Assembly: GCA_010093745.1 (NCBI GenBank)
Contig: MU006038.1
Coordinates: 1-46,876 of the forward strand
Direction: 5' to 3'
Origin: Piedraia hortae CBS 480.64
Taxonomy: Eukaryota
Length of the DNA: 46,876 bases
Of the stretch, positions 34,021-45,838 are shown piece after piece; the first letter of the stretch is position 1; each line of letters begins with the position of its first letter. The position numbers and the translations under genes are program-made. The notes beneath the pieces were generated by a model. That model was not told the DNA's origin and made no database searches. It saw only the letters and a list, made by a program, of their open reading frames with translations.

Positions 34021-37000
34021 TCATTTGGGGCCATCTGCCTTTCCTTTCGATAAGCGGTGAGAACCTGCTTCACGCCACACCCCTCGCCAAACAAATGCAT
34101 CACATTGAGAATGCGAGCCCAGATCCTCTATCGGAACGATTTTGTAACCTCGTGTGGAGGCAAGCAAGGGAACTTTGACCGACGCACCAATGTCTTCGTT
34201 GGCGTTCTGGGGAGCCACAGCCCGGAACTCCTCAACTAGGGCAATCGCCGTCTGCGGTGTCTTAACCTGTTGTAGGGGCGCGTTGACGCGGAATATTGTG
34301 CTGCTTTCCCAGCATTGCACGAAGGAGCCCGCTCCACATGATATAGCTTCGAGACATCTAGAGAACTGGCGATATACTGTCCGGCTCCACCTCAGGTCAT
34401 ACGTGCTGACCAGCCTGTTGTGCGGGGCTTGGGTCGTTGCAGGAAGCTGATGGCGCAGGCGTTGGGTCTTAGGGCCGGAAATCTTAGGATATGGCAGGCC
34501 AATCATGGACCTCATCCATATCTCTTGACAAAGGTTGAGAAGTTCATCCCCTGCTCGTGTCATATATTCGTTGTCCACACACCACCAGCCTTCAAGGGCG
34601 ATGTGCTGTTCCAAGAGAAAGACCGAGAACTTGTTTATGAGATCCAAACCAGGGGCGTGGTGATTGGTGAGGTCCAGATTGCGTCGAAGGGGCTTGCTCA
34701 AACTCTCCAGCCGCTCTGTCATCCCTCCAACAGGCCCATGCCACCAGGTCCCTGCGGGCATATGGAACAAAAGCTGAATTTAGTCTTCTTCTTGATGGAA
34801 TCAAGCCCCCATATCTCTGAACAGGTCTCTACCAGCTCCCGACTCGCTTCCCCAACAGCATCGCACCATTCCTGCAGGTCGCTGATGCTAGTGGCGTAGA
34901 GCAGCGTCCTGAGCTTTCCTCCAAAGCACCAAAAATGAATCAGATTATCAATGTCCGCAAGCCCACCTTTGGCTGTAAAAAATGCGACCAGGGTCAGCGG
35001 CCAGACCTAGAGTAGGTTTCGAAAACCGCCGCCTGTGAACGACTTGTTCCAATTGGCGATTTGTCGGGTGAGGGGAATGTCGCACAACCGTCCTTTTCGG
35101 CTGAATGTGCACGAATTGCAAGCTTCCAAGAGTTTTTCCTTGATTACGGGGAGGTTAAGCGTATCCAACCACGGGTATATAATCACTCCCAGAAGGAGGG
35201 AGTGGAGCATATCATAAGTAAAATCCTGGTGTGGATCGAACCCTTTGAGTCGGTAGAGCTCCGTGAGAGGGTGCTCTATTCCAACGAGATCGGCTTCCTT
35301 CGCCGGGAGCCCCTTGGTATGCCGTAGCACCCTCAGACTGGAAACATCGATAATATCCTTCCATTGACTGACTGCTGTCCAGCGCCAGTAGTAATCATGA
35401 CAAGGCTGTCCTCCTGTCCAATGGATCGAGCAAAGCGCCGCCGCGGCAGAATTATCGGCCATGAACCGACAGACGCATCCAGAGATGAGCACAGGGCGGC
35501 CACAGCCCAAGTCGAAGGCCTGGACGCCGCGCCGGGGCCGAACCAGATCCGGCATCAGCCCACGGAGCATACTGGTGGCCTTCATCTTGGCACCAACCGC
35601 AACACAGTAGTTGGCAGAGACATGAAATCATGCTAGACCAGATCACACATTAGGTCCAGTTCTTATAATAATTTGTTCGCATTGAAAACCAAGACTCACC
35701 CTGCGTGAAAAGCCAGCCAAATTCATTGTCCGCACTTCCAGACGATTCCATCGTTTTCCTCCTGCCGCACTCATCCCGTCCTGCCAAAAGCTGACATTGA
35801 GCTGCACAACACGGGCTTCATGCTTCATGCAGAACTTCTTTGCCGGATGTGGGGGCCGCAGGAATGGACCAAAGTCCTTATGAAGCGGCGTGCCATCTTG
35901 CGGAACAAACTTGATATCTTCATTAGCCAGGGTATCCATAATTTGAGTCTCTTCGAGGAATACCACGGTCGTCTCGCTCACCTCCAATGTACCGCCCTTG
36001 GTAGGAATAGAGAACTTCGGCTTCCTTGGGTGCACCCGTTCACCGGCTCTAACAGACCAGCGAAATCGCTCGAATAAGACATGTCTTTTTTCCTATGTCT
36101 GCGGGCTAGAGCGAATTTTCAGGCCATGATACAAGGCGTATCTGGTCGAGCTGGATGGACTCATCCGCAGGACGTCTCCAAGCCAGATACTGACTGGCCT
36201 CAGATCCAGATAATCTTCATAGGTAGCTGTATACGTAGCTTCCAACGCCACTTGGTGCCATGCCACATCTCGGAACAACTTTTCGAAGCAAGCCCATCAC
36301 TCGAGGTTGCCACTTGCTCTACCACATCGGGATACTGGATAACTTCAGTAATGTTCCTACAGGTTTGCATGCGTACGATGTCGAGCACACTAATCTGATA
36401 AAATGGTGCCCCATCTTTAGTCTCGCGACGAATAACCTGAGGTTTGGGAATGATTTTACGATACTTCTTCAGTTTTCCCAATGAGGGTACTTTGAGTCTG
36501 ATTGGGATCTTTGCAAGCTCCTTCACCACTTTTAAAACGGTTTTCATTAGAGTATCACTGATAGGATGACGATGAGAATGGTACATTGCAAATAGAAGGG
36601 CATCTTCTTTGCAATCAAACGGGTTCCATGGGTTGTGAGGCAGTCTCATGTCGATGTTTTTCGGCGGAATAAAACAAGAAGAATACGGTATATCTTGGTC
36701 GATCGGTACTGAAGTTTCGACGTCTAACATCTCGTTAACTGTCGGAAACTCGCCATCTTCGTCCTCATGAGCTGACTCGCTAATATCGCTGGCATCGCTG
36801 ATGATAGTGTCGTCATCTTCAGAATCCCAGTCACTCTCGTCGTAACTGCAACTGTCTTCGTCTTCCGCCTCTTGATCTTCATCTCGCCCGTCAGCTTGGT
36901 CGTCAAAATCCATGCAAAACTCGGAAAAATCATTGTATAATGTTTGGGCGTTCATGTTCCAGGAAGGCGCCGGATTCACAGTGCTTGCAGCTTGAGTTGT

Positions 37001-37246
37001 GGCCTGTCGAGCTAGGATTTTGGGGTCCTGCGCTCGCGATTCCAGGACCAGTCTCATGCAAGCATCGGCATCTTCGGATTCTTCGAAATCCAAGGCCGCT
37101 CGGTACTCTTCCGGATCGTGTCTCAAGTTGTTCTTGTTCCTTTGATGCATTGCCGTCAAAAAGTGAACCCCTTTACTGTACGGCGTTTTTATGGTTGACT
37201 TGCCCGTCCCAATTCTATGACAGATGTGGCACCGCGTAGCAGGCAT
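34021..37246 (-). pseudogene. Decayed CMC-like transposase of the element
   Basis: N-terminal CxxC and acidic tract; PWNPF, EMWHGTKWR, FWQDGMSAAGGKRWN, FMADN, GFDPHQD...MLHSLLLG and TERLES...TNHHAPGLD; one GTGAGT intron near 35698; several premature stops and frameshifts. Confidence 0.7.
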
Positions 37247-38288
37247 CTTGAGAGGTCTGAACTGTTGTATATACGGTGATATGTTAGTCCGGTCGTTTGG
37301 ATATCGAAAAGCTTTTGAACTAGTTTTGCGGCGTTAAGCACGGAAGGTCAATGCGGCATGCAATCCTCAAATTATACCCTAGACCTTTCCCTAAGTTTAG
37401 GTACAAGGTATAGCTATTACTGAATGGAACGAAGGCGTTGTTCCACTCTCGTTAGGCGGCTACCAAGGTGTGGTATCGTATCCAATTCTCATTCTCATAG
37501 AGAAGTAACCATTCAAGAGATGGGAGTGATGGTAGGAGAGTTGTGACTATCTTAAAGTGTATTGTTAACTAGGTTGAGGAGGTGTGGTCACCTCGCGGCC
37601 TGTTCCGGCCCGACCCGCTTGAGACGTCATTCGACAATATTCAACAAGAAGGGACGATCCCTAGCGCGCCGCCAATCTGAATCTAATTCTCCGGCTTCAG
37701 CCTATTAGATAGAGCTGTCATCCTATGCCTTTAGTACACTACACCTAAACTTGCTTAGGGTCCGAGGGCAGTCTCTGTTTGATTGGCTAAAGCGAGGGAA
37801 TAGACTCAATGGCACTCCGGCGTGAAAGTACATTACTAGAGATTAGCAAACAAGGCATTCTAAGCTAAACCCTTTTAAGCATGCGGAATTGGGTCCGCGG
37901 ACCATTTTTGATCTGGAATGACCAGTGACCCCGCATCCCATTCATCCCATTGGCGGAAGCTCGCTTCCCCACATCCCAAAATAGTTTAGTTCTGGATGCC
38001 TTTTTTGCCGGTCTCTATGGTATTTAGTCGTCCGTCGCCTCACCTGCAGAGAAGACACTTCCAAGGACAAGTTCCTCAACACTACGAGGCGGTGGCCCCG
38101 GGCATGATGCTTGTCGGTGCCTCGGCCCGTTGAGACTTCCTTGTCGTATGATCGACATTATTGTAGCAGTTAGATTAGTCGCTTCATGTTTATAGTTGGC
38201 CCTCGCCAGATTGGACGGTCGTCGCGTTGTGGATATCCATCGCTGGTTCCTTTGCTCCCTCACAATAACAGACCAATACTGTCACAAG

Positions 38289-39935
38289 ATGCCCAACACA
38301 AGATCCAACGCGCGACTCGTAGGTCGAGGCGGTGCAAGAGGTCGAGGGAAAGGTCGCGGAAGGGGCAGTGCCAGGGGCAGTCGCGGAGGCAAGAGAACAT
38401 TGGTTGAAGAAGCCCAATCTGTGCCAAACCTCAAGCGCGCACGCATCACAGCCGAAAGGTATGATCAATCACCTATTACGAGCTATGTACGCCGCTAATC
38501 TGATACCGCATCTGATTAGGCCAACTGCCAATAATCACGGCTCTTATGAAGAATTTGGTTATGTTGTTGGTGAGGCTGACAATGATTACGAGGACAACGA
38601 TCAGTCTGATGATGAGGACCATGTTGATGATGAGACACGCGACGACCTCGGCCACATTGGCAATGCCAATTATGTGGATTTTGTTGAGGATATCGAGGAT
38701 GGTGCCAACATCGCTCCTTCGGTTACCCACCCGACTTCCCTACCAAAGTCCATTTCCACTGTCACCACAAGGCGGGCTGAGAGCGGTGGGCCCAGCATCT
38801 TGCGGGCACAACATCAGCGCCGGGTTACAGCTCCCTTGGGCTTATTAGCGCCTCGCGCGCCTCTCGCTGGTACCCCGGTGCCCTCAATGAGTGGCGATCC
38901 ACTTGGCATCGCTGACAGTTTGTTGCAGACGGCCCGTGTGCGCCCTTTGGCGCCGACTATGACCACTGCAGATGCAGTAAGCAGAGTCAGGGCAGCTGAT
39001 ATTAGCAGCTTCTTTCTCTTGGAGGATGTGGTTGAGGTACGTAAGCAATTCCGGGCTTGAGCGACCAAATCAGTGTAATAACTCTCCAGGCGCCGCCCAA
39101 CGTGGCCCTAGGGGTTGCGATTAAATACATCGGCGAGCTCGTCACGATGAATAAAGAAATGCATACCCAGCTCCAGGCCCTTGAAGCGCGGGTAAACGAA
39201 ATGCACGAAACGAAAGCGGCCAAGGGAGTGAGTCAAGACCTTCATTTTCAATGCAATTAGGGACAAGGCTAATTCTACCTTAGGGAATTCGCGCCGCAAT
39301 GCGGCAGCTGCTCTTCTGGGAGCACGCTGGGGGCGCGTTGTGGGGCGACAATTCCGCCATCGCGGTAAGAGCTTCAGCACGACCTTCTTTCTAGCATCAG
39401 GGTCGTTCTAATGGAATTTCTAGGCCGAGTTGCGCTCCCGGGGTGTTATGGCAAAGGCCCCTACACAGTCCGTCCTCTCCAAGATCTCGCAGATCAAATC
39501 TGATCTGCGCCAAGACCTGCGAAAGCGGTTAAGAGACGTCCATCTGCAGCCTGTCCCTCTCGCCTTCAACGTCTCCGAGGAGCAGGCGAAGGCTGCTTCG
39601 CTATGGGTAAGCTAACTTATACATGTTCCAATCCAATGCTAATCATCCTGACTTCTACGTTGCAGAAGTGGAAGGTGTCGCAATGCTCCGCCAGCCGAGC
39701 CGACTTTTGGGAGCAATGGGACCTAAGTTATCACCTTCTTTCCGCAGACGACAAGTGAGTTCTTCGCATATGAACTGCAGTCCCTGACATTATCTCTAGG
39801 AGGCTCATTTTCGAGCGAGACCTCCAGTGCCATGGATGGGAGAAGAAGGGGGACGGTGGGCGGGGTCTCCCAGGACGGCAAGGTCCTAGCCGGGCAAACC
39901 GCCTGATCAGTAATTCCTGGACCTCCGGGAAGTAG
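38289..39935 (+). CDS. Element-borne 7-exon gene, about 437 aa, unknown function (TnpA-like accessory candidate)
   Basis: Exons 38289-38458, 38520-39036, 39090-39227, 39284-39364, 39424-39606, 39666-39754 and 39800-39935; six GT..AG introns, most with a CTRAY branch site; splicing gives a continuous 1314-nt frame. Confidence 0.7.
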
Positions 39936-40009
39936 GTCGCAAGAGGACCTCGGCACAGTGTAATGTTTGTTAGATAGGCCAAAAGCCGTCAACATGATTC
40001 TGAACATGG

Positions 40010-40296
40010 CACACCTGATTTCAGCCCATTTAAGCCTGATATCAATCTGACGGAGTGCCTTGAATTAGAGAGCTACAAGCACGATATCAGGCGGAAACCA
40101 GCTAGAGGCAGGCTGCCACAGATACGATATCACATAGGAACAGACTTGATATCAGATAGGAACAGGCCTGAAGTCAGGCTAAATCTCACCTGAAATCAGA
40201 CAAATATTTCACAGATTCCAACCGATCACAGGGCTGAAACCAGCCAGATCCCAGATAGATTTTCAGTCGGTTTCAGACCGATTTCAGGCTGATTTC
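40010..40296. repeat. Right subterminal repeat array
   Basis: Clustered TTTCAG / CCTGAAATC / GATATCA motifs in both orientations, including ATTTCAGGCTG at 40281. Confidence 0.7.
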
Positions 40297-41505
40297 GTCT
40301 GATGCAGGATTGGCTGTGTACTCAACCAAGGGCAGCAGTCGCTTGGCATTCTCCGCAAAGATCGGATGCTTTGTCGCATTGTTGAAGGCCTGCTCGATGG
40401 AATAAAAGGCGGGTACGCAGTGCCTCAGCATGTAGGAGTCGGATTCGGCCATTTTGATGGCGTTGGTGGTTACCGTGAACGTTTGAATCGTGAATGATAA
40501 CTTATTACAGAACTCGGGGGAATGGGTAAGGTGCCGAACGGTTTTAAGCCCCTCTGTATCTATTGTTGCCGGTTTCGTGAAATATGCCCGCAAATACAAA
40601 CAATGCTGACTGGGCCTCGGCCACTGATCGCCACATTGCCAACTGCGTCCCCCAGCGAGTGATGACAGAAAGCACAACGCGAAGACCTTACCGTCCTCAG
40701 TTTGCTTCATGACTTCTCTGAGCCTACCGAGCTGTTAGGGCGAGTTCATCATGTTTACTGCTATTGCTTAGGCATCTAGGGTAACGACTTTGAAGAGTGG
40801 ATCGTCTCGCAGGGCATCAACAACGAGCAACGGCAAGCTGTGGGCCTGGCAACCAACAGTGATGACCCTGGGGTACACCTCTCGGATTATTCCCCATGCC
40901 TTGATACTGTAGGACACATTGTCCGTCACTGCTGAGTTGATTTCACACCCCTCGAACTCTCGGTTTAGTTTTTCTAGGAGCCAGGCGGCCACCACATAAA
41001 GGACCGTCGATTGAACAATTGCCGGGATTGAAGTCTGACTTAATATAAAACGCCCCATAGCCGGGGACGTGGGCGCACAGATTCATTATGCGGTGCTTGT
41101 TGATATCGTTTGATTCATCCATCACAGCATTGATCACGTAGCTGCAGGACTTTGCTATCGGTATGAACTTGGCTCGGTTCTCCTGGTAAGCTTCTTCCAG
41201 GAGGGGGCCCGGCCAGTCCTTGCGGTCGAGGAATCCTAACCGCCGGCTGCAGACGGCGAAGAGCCTGCGTGACAGACTTGTTCTGGTAATAGGAGAAAGG
41301 AGAGTTCGTCAGATATACCAACAACACGAGCTACTTTCGGAAACGCTCGGCCAGGTCCTTGGTTGGTGGGGGAACCTTGAGATCCTTGGGCTTGTCGTCC
41401 ACGACCTTCGTATATATATGGATTTCCTCCTAGGGGTGTAGCTGTTGCACTCATCAAGATGCCTCATCAACTTGGTGGTATTCCAAGCGTCATCTTTCCC
41501 GCAAT

Positions 41506-41701
41506 CACAGGCCACAGGTTATCCTTGCAATGCGGAGGAGGACCGCGGCTGGATAACAGCCCTTTGAGGCTCGAGATGCTTGCTAAGGAACCTAACGTAT
41601 GTAGGTAGACCTAGTTTAGCACGCCTCCATGCCCTTCGGGAGGCTGCGAATGGCCGTTAGCGGTCATTTCGCCCGGCGTAAAACATCAAATCAATCAATC
41701 A
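41506..41701 (+). mobile_element. 196-bp 5'-truncated copy of the LINE 3' UTR
   Basis: About 10 differences over about 180 nt against the reverse complement of 27150-27334; (TCAA)n tail; 14-bp TSD ATCTTTCCCGCAAT at 41492-41505 and 41702-41715. Confidence 0.93.
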
Positions 41702-42129
41702 ATCTTTCCCGCAATGACGACAAATTCCTCCATCACCCTTCAAACCAGATTCTTCCGACGGTCGTTGACGAAACATCCTCTCCTCAACCTTAACGTTGGT
41801 TCGGGGGGCTTTGCGCTTGAGGCTACTCCGCCCAGCGATGACTTGTTCAGAATTACTGGACATAGTAGAATGTGAGGATATATCAAGCACTGTATATAAT
41901 GGATATTGCGTGGGAGAGAGCTTAGAAGGGAGTAGCGGGTACTGCCAGATGGTAAAGTGGGAAACACTTGTTTATGCTCCTCTGCCAGGAGAGGGCGATC
42001 TATATACACCCATAACACCCAAATTGCAATCTACCAAAGAGTCTTGGTCATCTACAAGGGCATGCCGGGAATGAATATGGATGGGTCATCGTGACATCAT
42101 TCTGACCAGTTCGTTGCAGGTAGGTTAAC

Positions 42130-42750
42130 AAGCCTCGAGGGCGTACGCACTTATTCAGCCATAAGTGAAAGTCTGGACTGTCAGCCTCCACGGTGGAGAA
42201 TTTCACTAACGTGATGGCCCATATCTCTCTGCGCAACACATCGAAAATCTTTGCCAGTGAAGAAGTCACTCCAGCGATAGATTTGCTTGGCGCTTGGACG
42301 TCTCGGTTCATCACCGTGGCTCACAGTGCAAGGTTCCAAGAATGCCCGGCTTTACATCTTCATAGTCTTTTGTTGTTCTCTAGATGATCTTGACGACGTC
42401 GAGGAGGATGCAATGTAACGACTCAAAGGGACAATCTATGTGCAGATTGAACCCTTTGGGGAAATATAGAGGTGATAGAGGCTGACTGATACCTTTATCT
42501 CCAGGCCGTGTTTTATCTGCTGCAAGGCTCTGGTGTCCCAAACATCCATCATTTGGGCCATATATTGGACCTGTGGGCGATAAAGTAGGCAACACACGAC
42601 ATGAGTAGTTGCTCTTGAAACGGTGTGACCCAGCTTGTGAAGCCGTAGGCCTCCAAATAACATTCTCAGCCCCCTTTTTGGGTCGAACGCAACTATGCCC
42701 TGCTGAGCGCGGGAAAGATCATTCTTAATCTCGCGTATCATGTTCATGGC
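42130..42750 (-). pseudogene. Second, diverged CMC-like transposase fragment
   Basis: DLSRAQQGIVAFDPKRG and KGFNLHIDCPFESLHCILLDVVK parallel DLVRPRRGVQAFDLGCG and KGFDPHQDFTYDMLHSLLLGVI of the 34-37 kb transposase. Confidence 0.65.
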
Positions 42751-42789
42751 CTTTTTCCGGGGTTAACGGGTGGTGAGATCAAGTTGTAT

Positions 42790-43130
42790 TTGGCAGGCAG
42801 CTCCATGTTACCCTGTCTGCAATTTGCCCTTGCCCAGGCGAGCTGTTTTTTCTGCGTCCGGGTCCCTGAACACGGTATCCAGTATCGTTAGTAGAGCCAT
42901 CTCAGGTGAAATCTGGAAAGTCCCTCAGTTGGACGCGAAATACGGTCGCACTTTAATCCAGTGCTTGACTCGCAGAAGAGAGAAGCTGTACGCGAGTTGC
43001 TGCTGTTCGGTATCAAACCAGCCACGGTTCGCCGCGAGTTCGAGCTTCAGCATGATCGAGAAACTGTCAAGATCTTGGCGAGACCCCATAAAGTGACTTC
43101 TTGGGTAGGGCAATCCCTCGGAACAGTGAT
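42790..43130 (-). pseudogene. Ty3/Gypsy gag fragment
   Basis: FMGSRQDLDSF...ELAAN...FDTEQQQLAYSFSLL...VRPY...LDTVFRDPDAEKTAR resembles fungal retrotransposon Gag. Confidence 0.6.
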
Positions 43131-44446
43131 GGATTGCAGTAGCTGCGAGACGTATTTCAAGTTCGCAAACGCGGTGAGTAGCCTCATGCGTTCAATCAAT
43201 GCTACAGCGAGCGAACGGGGTGGCGGTCTGTCCCATTTAATGGTTTAGGAAGAGGGATCGTGCTCCCTTCATGAACGATAAACACCATATCTTGTAGTTG
43301 TCTGAGAGCCGACTTCTATCTCGGTCAAGTTTTCATCATCTGCTGGAATAGCATTTAAATATTTTCATTCTGGTGCCGCTGTTCTCCCCGGCGTTGCTCG
43401 TCGGCCTAGCCAGTGTTGATAGATTTTCCAAGAAAAGGAAGAGTTGGAGAAGGTTAGTTTAGTGTGACGGCGTCATAGAATGATGCGCTTTGGTGATCTG
43501 CTCTGGAAGATCTTCCAGCCGTTCGGGAAAAGGGTCGTTTACCGCGTGTTTCTTTGCGGAGAGTCGGCGCGGGGGTTGTTCAATGGGTGCGTCTTGTGAC
43601 GTTTCGATGTATTTCTGTCTCCTCAAGAGGATCGATAGCGGGCGTTGCAACCACAGCGACTTCTGGAGAAACCGACTAAATCGTCCACATTTCGAGCAGC
43701 TTGTCAGCTAGACAATGGCCCGGTTGTTCAGAAAGGTCGAGTATCCCCCGGCGAATATCAAACCACGGCCGCTTCAAGTTGCCGTATGACCGTGACACCA
43801 ATCTACCCTCCCATCCCAGCATTTAGTGACCTCGAAGAAGGCCCTGTGCGAGCAGATGGACGTATTTGCCCCTGGGCACCTTGTGTTGTCCGTGTAGACC
43901 GGAAGAAATTTTTATCCGAAGAAAAGAAATTCAAGCTTGGCAAAGCCGTCAAAAAGTCCTGCCAGAAGATTCTGCAGATTCTGCCAACAGAACCTGCTAG
44001 AAGATTACACAAGAATCGCGTTGAAGTACACAAAACCGCCAAAATTACGCAAATTCTTCAACAAGTTACATGTACTGTGCATGAATGTTACGCCAAATCA
44101 CCACAAAGTACACCTCTTGCTCCGCGGATTCTGCTGTACTTTGCCCAGCAGGTTCTGCAGAATTGCCGGAATAAGAATTCTGGTCTGCTATTTAACAGCA
44201 AAACCAACCCATGGGAGCTTGACAATGAAACTAGCCAATTAACCAACGATAGAGCGGATGAAAGGGAACACATGCTGGCTTCTATTTGAGAGACGCGTCG
44301 CTTTCCCTAGCACTAGCCTAAAAGCGGTTAGATTATCTAGATTTTTCTAAAGATTACCCTAGCGTTTTAGGTGGGACGTGCATACCTAGCGATTCAAGTG
44401 GGACGCCTAATGACAATCTTTGTCGCTACCATCTGCCACGGCGAGA

Positions 44447-45838
44447 ATGTCTACCTCAAACAGCCCCAAATCCAGCAGCCCCAGCTCTGATCCAGGAACA
44501 CCCAACTCTGCCTCCATGTACGGGTTCTCCGACGAGCCTTATGACACATTTCAACCCAAAATCGCCGCACTGCTCGAGAGCATCGGGCATTTCAAAGACA
44601 TAGTCCTGGAGCACCTCCGCGGAGGCAGCTTTAACCACGTTATCATTGCGCGAGCAACAAGAATATCTACCAACGATCCCATCCAAGGAATCTTCCGTAT
44701 CCCGCGTGATGTCTTCAATGAGCCCATCGATGTCGAGATCGAAGACCAAGCAGCTGTCCTACAGATGCTAAACGCCCAAAAGAATCTGAACACGCCCAAG
44801 CTCCTAGCTTTTGATGCATCCCTCAACAACCCAATCCACTTCCCTTTCACCTTCATCGAACTCGCCCCAGGTCTCCGTCTCCATGACGTTTATCGTGGCA
44901 TGTCTCTCCCCGAGAAACTAAGCATGGTCGATGAACTAGTCAAATACCTCCTCGCCGCCGAGCGAGTCACCTTCCCTCGTCACGGCATCATCACCGCCGC
45001 CAAAGACTCTCCAGTCAAAGGCTCCATCTACGACCCGTCTGGGTTACCACCCATGCAACTCGATTTCCGCCACCTAGGCGAATTCTGCAACCTGGGCGAC
45101 CGCTCAAATCGCACAAACTCCAGTCCCGAATCATGGACTGACACGCTCTTTAACATGATCGCATCCGAGTGCAACGGCGCTGATACCTCAAGTGATTACG
45201 ATCCCATTCTGGAGATTTGGGAGAGGGTTCGTGAGGTTTTTCATCAAATGTGCGACTCAGGACACTTCTCTCTCCGCCACGAAGCTTCCCTCTCAACTGC
45301 ACCGAGTATCCTATACCACTGGGACCTCGAGCCGAGAAATATCATCGTCACACGAACGGACGAGGGGTATAGAATTGAGAAAATCATTGATTGGGATGGC
45401 GTACAGGCCGTGCCCCCCGTAATGGCACGTAGGCCGCCGATATGGCTTTGGGATACCACGGACGAGATGTGGGACTTTACGATTGGAATTGAGATGGAGT
45501 CTGTCGGTAGTGATTTTGATGGTGATGCTGATTTGCTTGATCCAAGGAGGTATAATGCTTGTAAAGGCAGGCTTTCGGATGATGAGCGACTGATACGAAC
45601 TCGGTTTGAGGAGAGGCTTGTTCAGGGACTTGGAGAGATTTATGAGGGGTATAATATGAGGGATTATATGGAGGAGGCATATGGGAATGGAAGGTGGATT
45701 CGTCGCATGACGAGGATTGTTGTAAATGGGATTCATTCGGATTGGGAGGAGAAGAGGTTGGAGCATCTTATTGAGAATCGGGGTGCGTTTATGAAGAGGT
45801 CGCAAAGCGGTGCGGAAAGTGAAGTGAGCAGGGGATAA
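44447..45838 (+). CDS. APH / protein-kinase-like phosphotransferase
   Basis: GGSFNHV, IFRIPR, HWDLEPRNII and IIDWD; intact ORF from ATG at 44447. Confidence 0.85.
   Translation: MSTSNSPKSSSPSSDPGTPNSASMYGFSDEPYDTFQPKIAALLESIGHFKDIVLEHLRGGSFNHVIIARATRISTNDPIQGIFRIPRDVFNEPIDVEIEDQAAVLQMLNAQKNLNTPKLLAFDASLNNPIHFPFTFIELAPGLRLHDVYRGMSLPEKLSMVDELVKYLLAAERVTFPRHGIITAAKDSPVKGSIYDPSGLPPMQLDFRHLGEFCNLGDRSNRTNSSPESWTDTLFNMIASECNGADTSSDYDPILEIWERVREVFHQMCDSGHFSLRHEASLSTAPSILYHWDLEPRNIIVTRTDEGYRIEKIIDWDGVQAVPPVMARRPPIWLWDTTDEMWDFTIGIEMESVGSDFDGDADLLDPRRYNACKGRLSDDERLIRTRFEERLVQGLGEIYEGYNMRDYMEEAYGNGRWIRRMTRIVVNGIHSDWEEKRLEHLIENRGAFMKRSQSGAESEVSRG

Larger units (their letters stand above)
33443..40318. 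mobile_element. Complete 6,876-bp CACTA/CMC-like DNA transposon (CACAG TIRs, TA TSD)
   Basis: TIR CACAGCCAATCC(C/T)GCATCAGAC at 33443-33464 and 40297-40318 (21/22 match); TA at 33441-2 and 40319-20; the host hAT frame is restored on removal. Confidence 0.9.
32950..41863 (-). pseudogene. hAT transposase (BED finger, DUF659, dimerization domain) interrupted by two insertions
   Basis: Removing the insertions gives CRHCGKDDAWNTTKLMRHLDEC (BED), DESNDINKHRIMN, VTDN...GCQAHSL, LVEY|RFNEHMIDYHTAAFVL and LIHSPLRKSLSPAKV...IYIN. Confidence 0.85.

Noticed and set aside
43645..44289. 214-aa ORF containing an 11-bp inverted repeat CAGAACCTGCT
   Set aside because: Non-ATG start and no recognisable domain; may be a TE end, but no TIR or TSD pair could be established.
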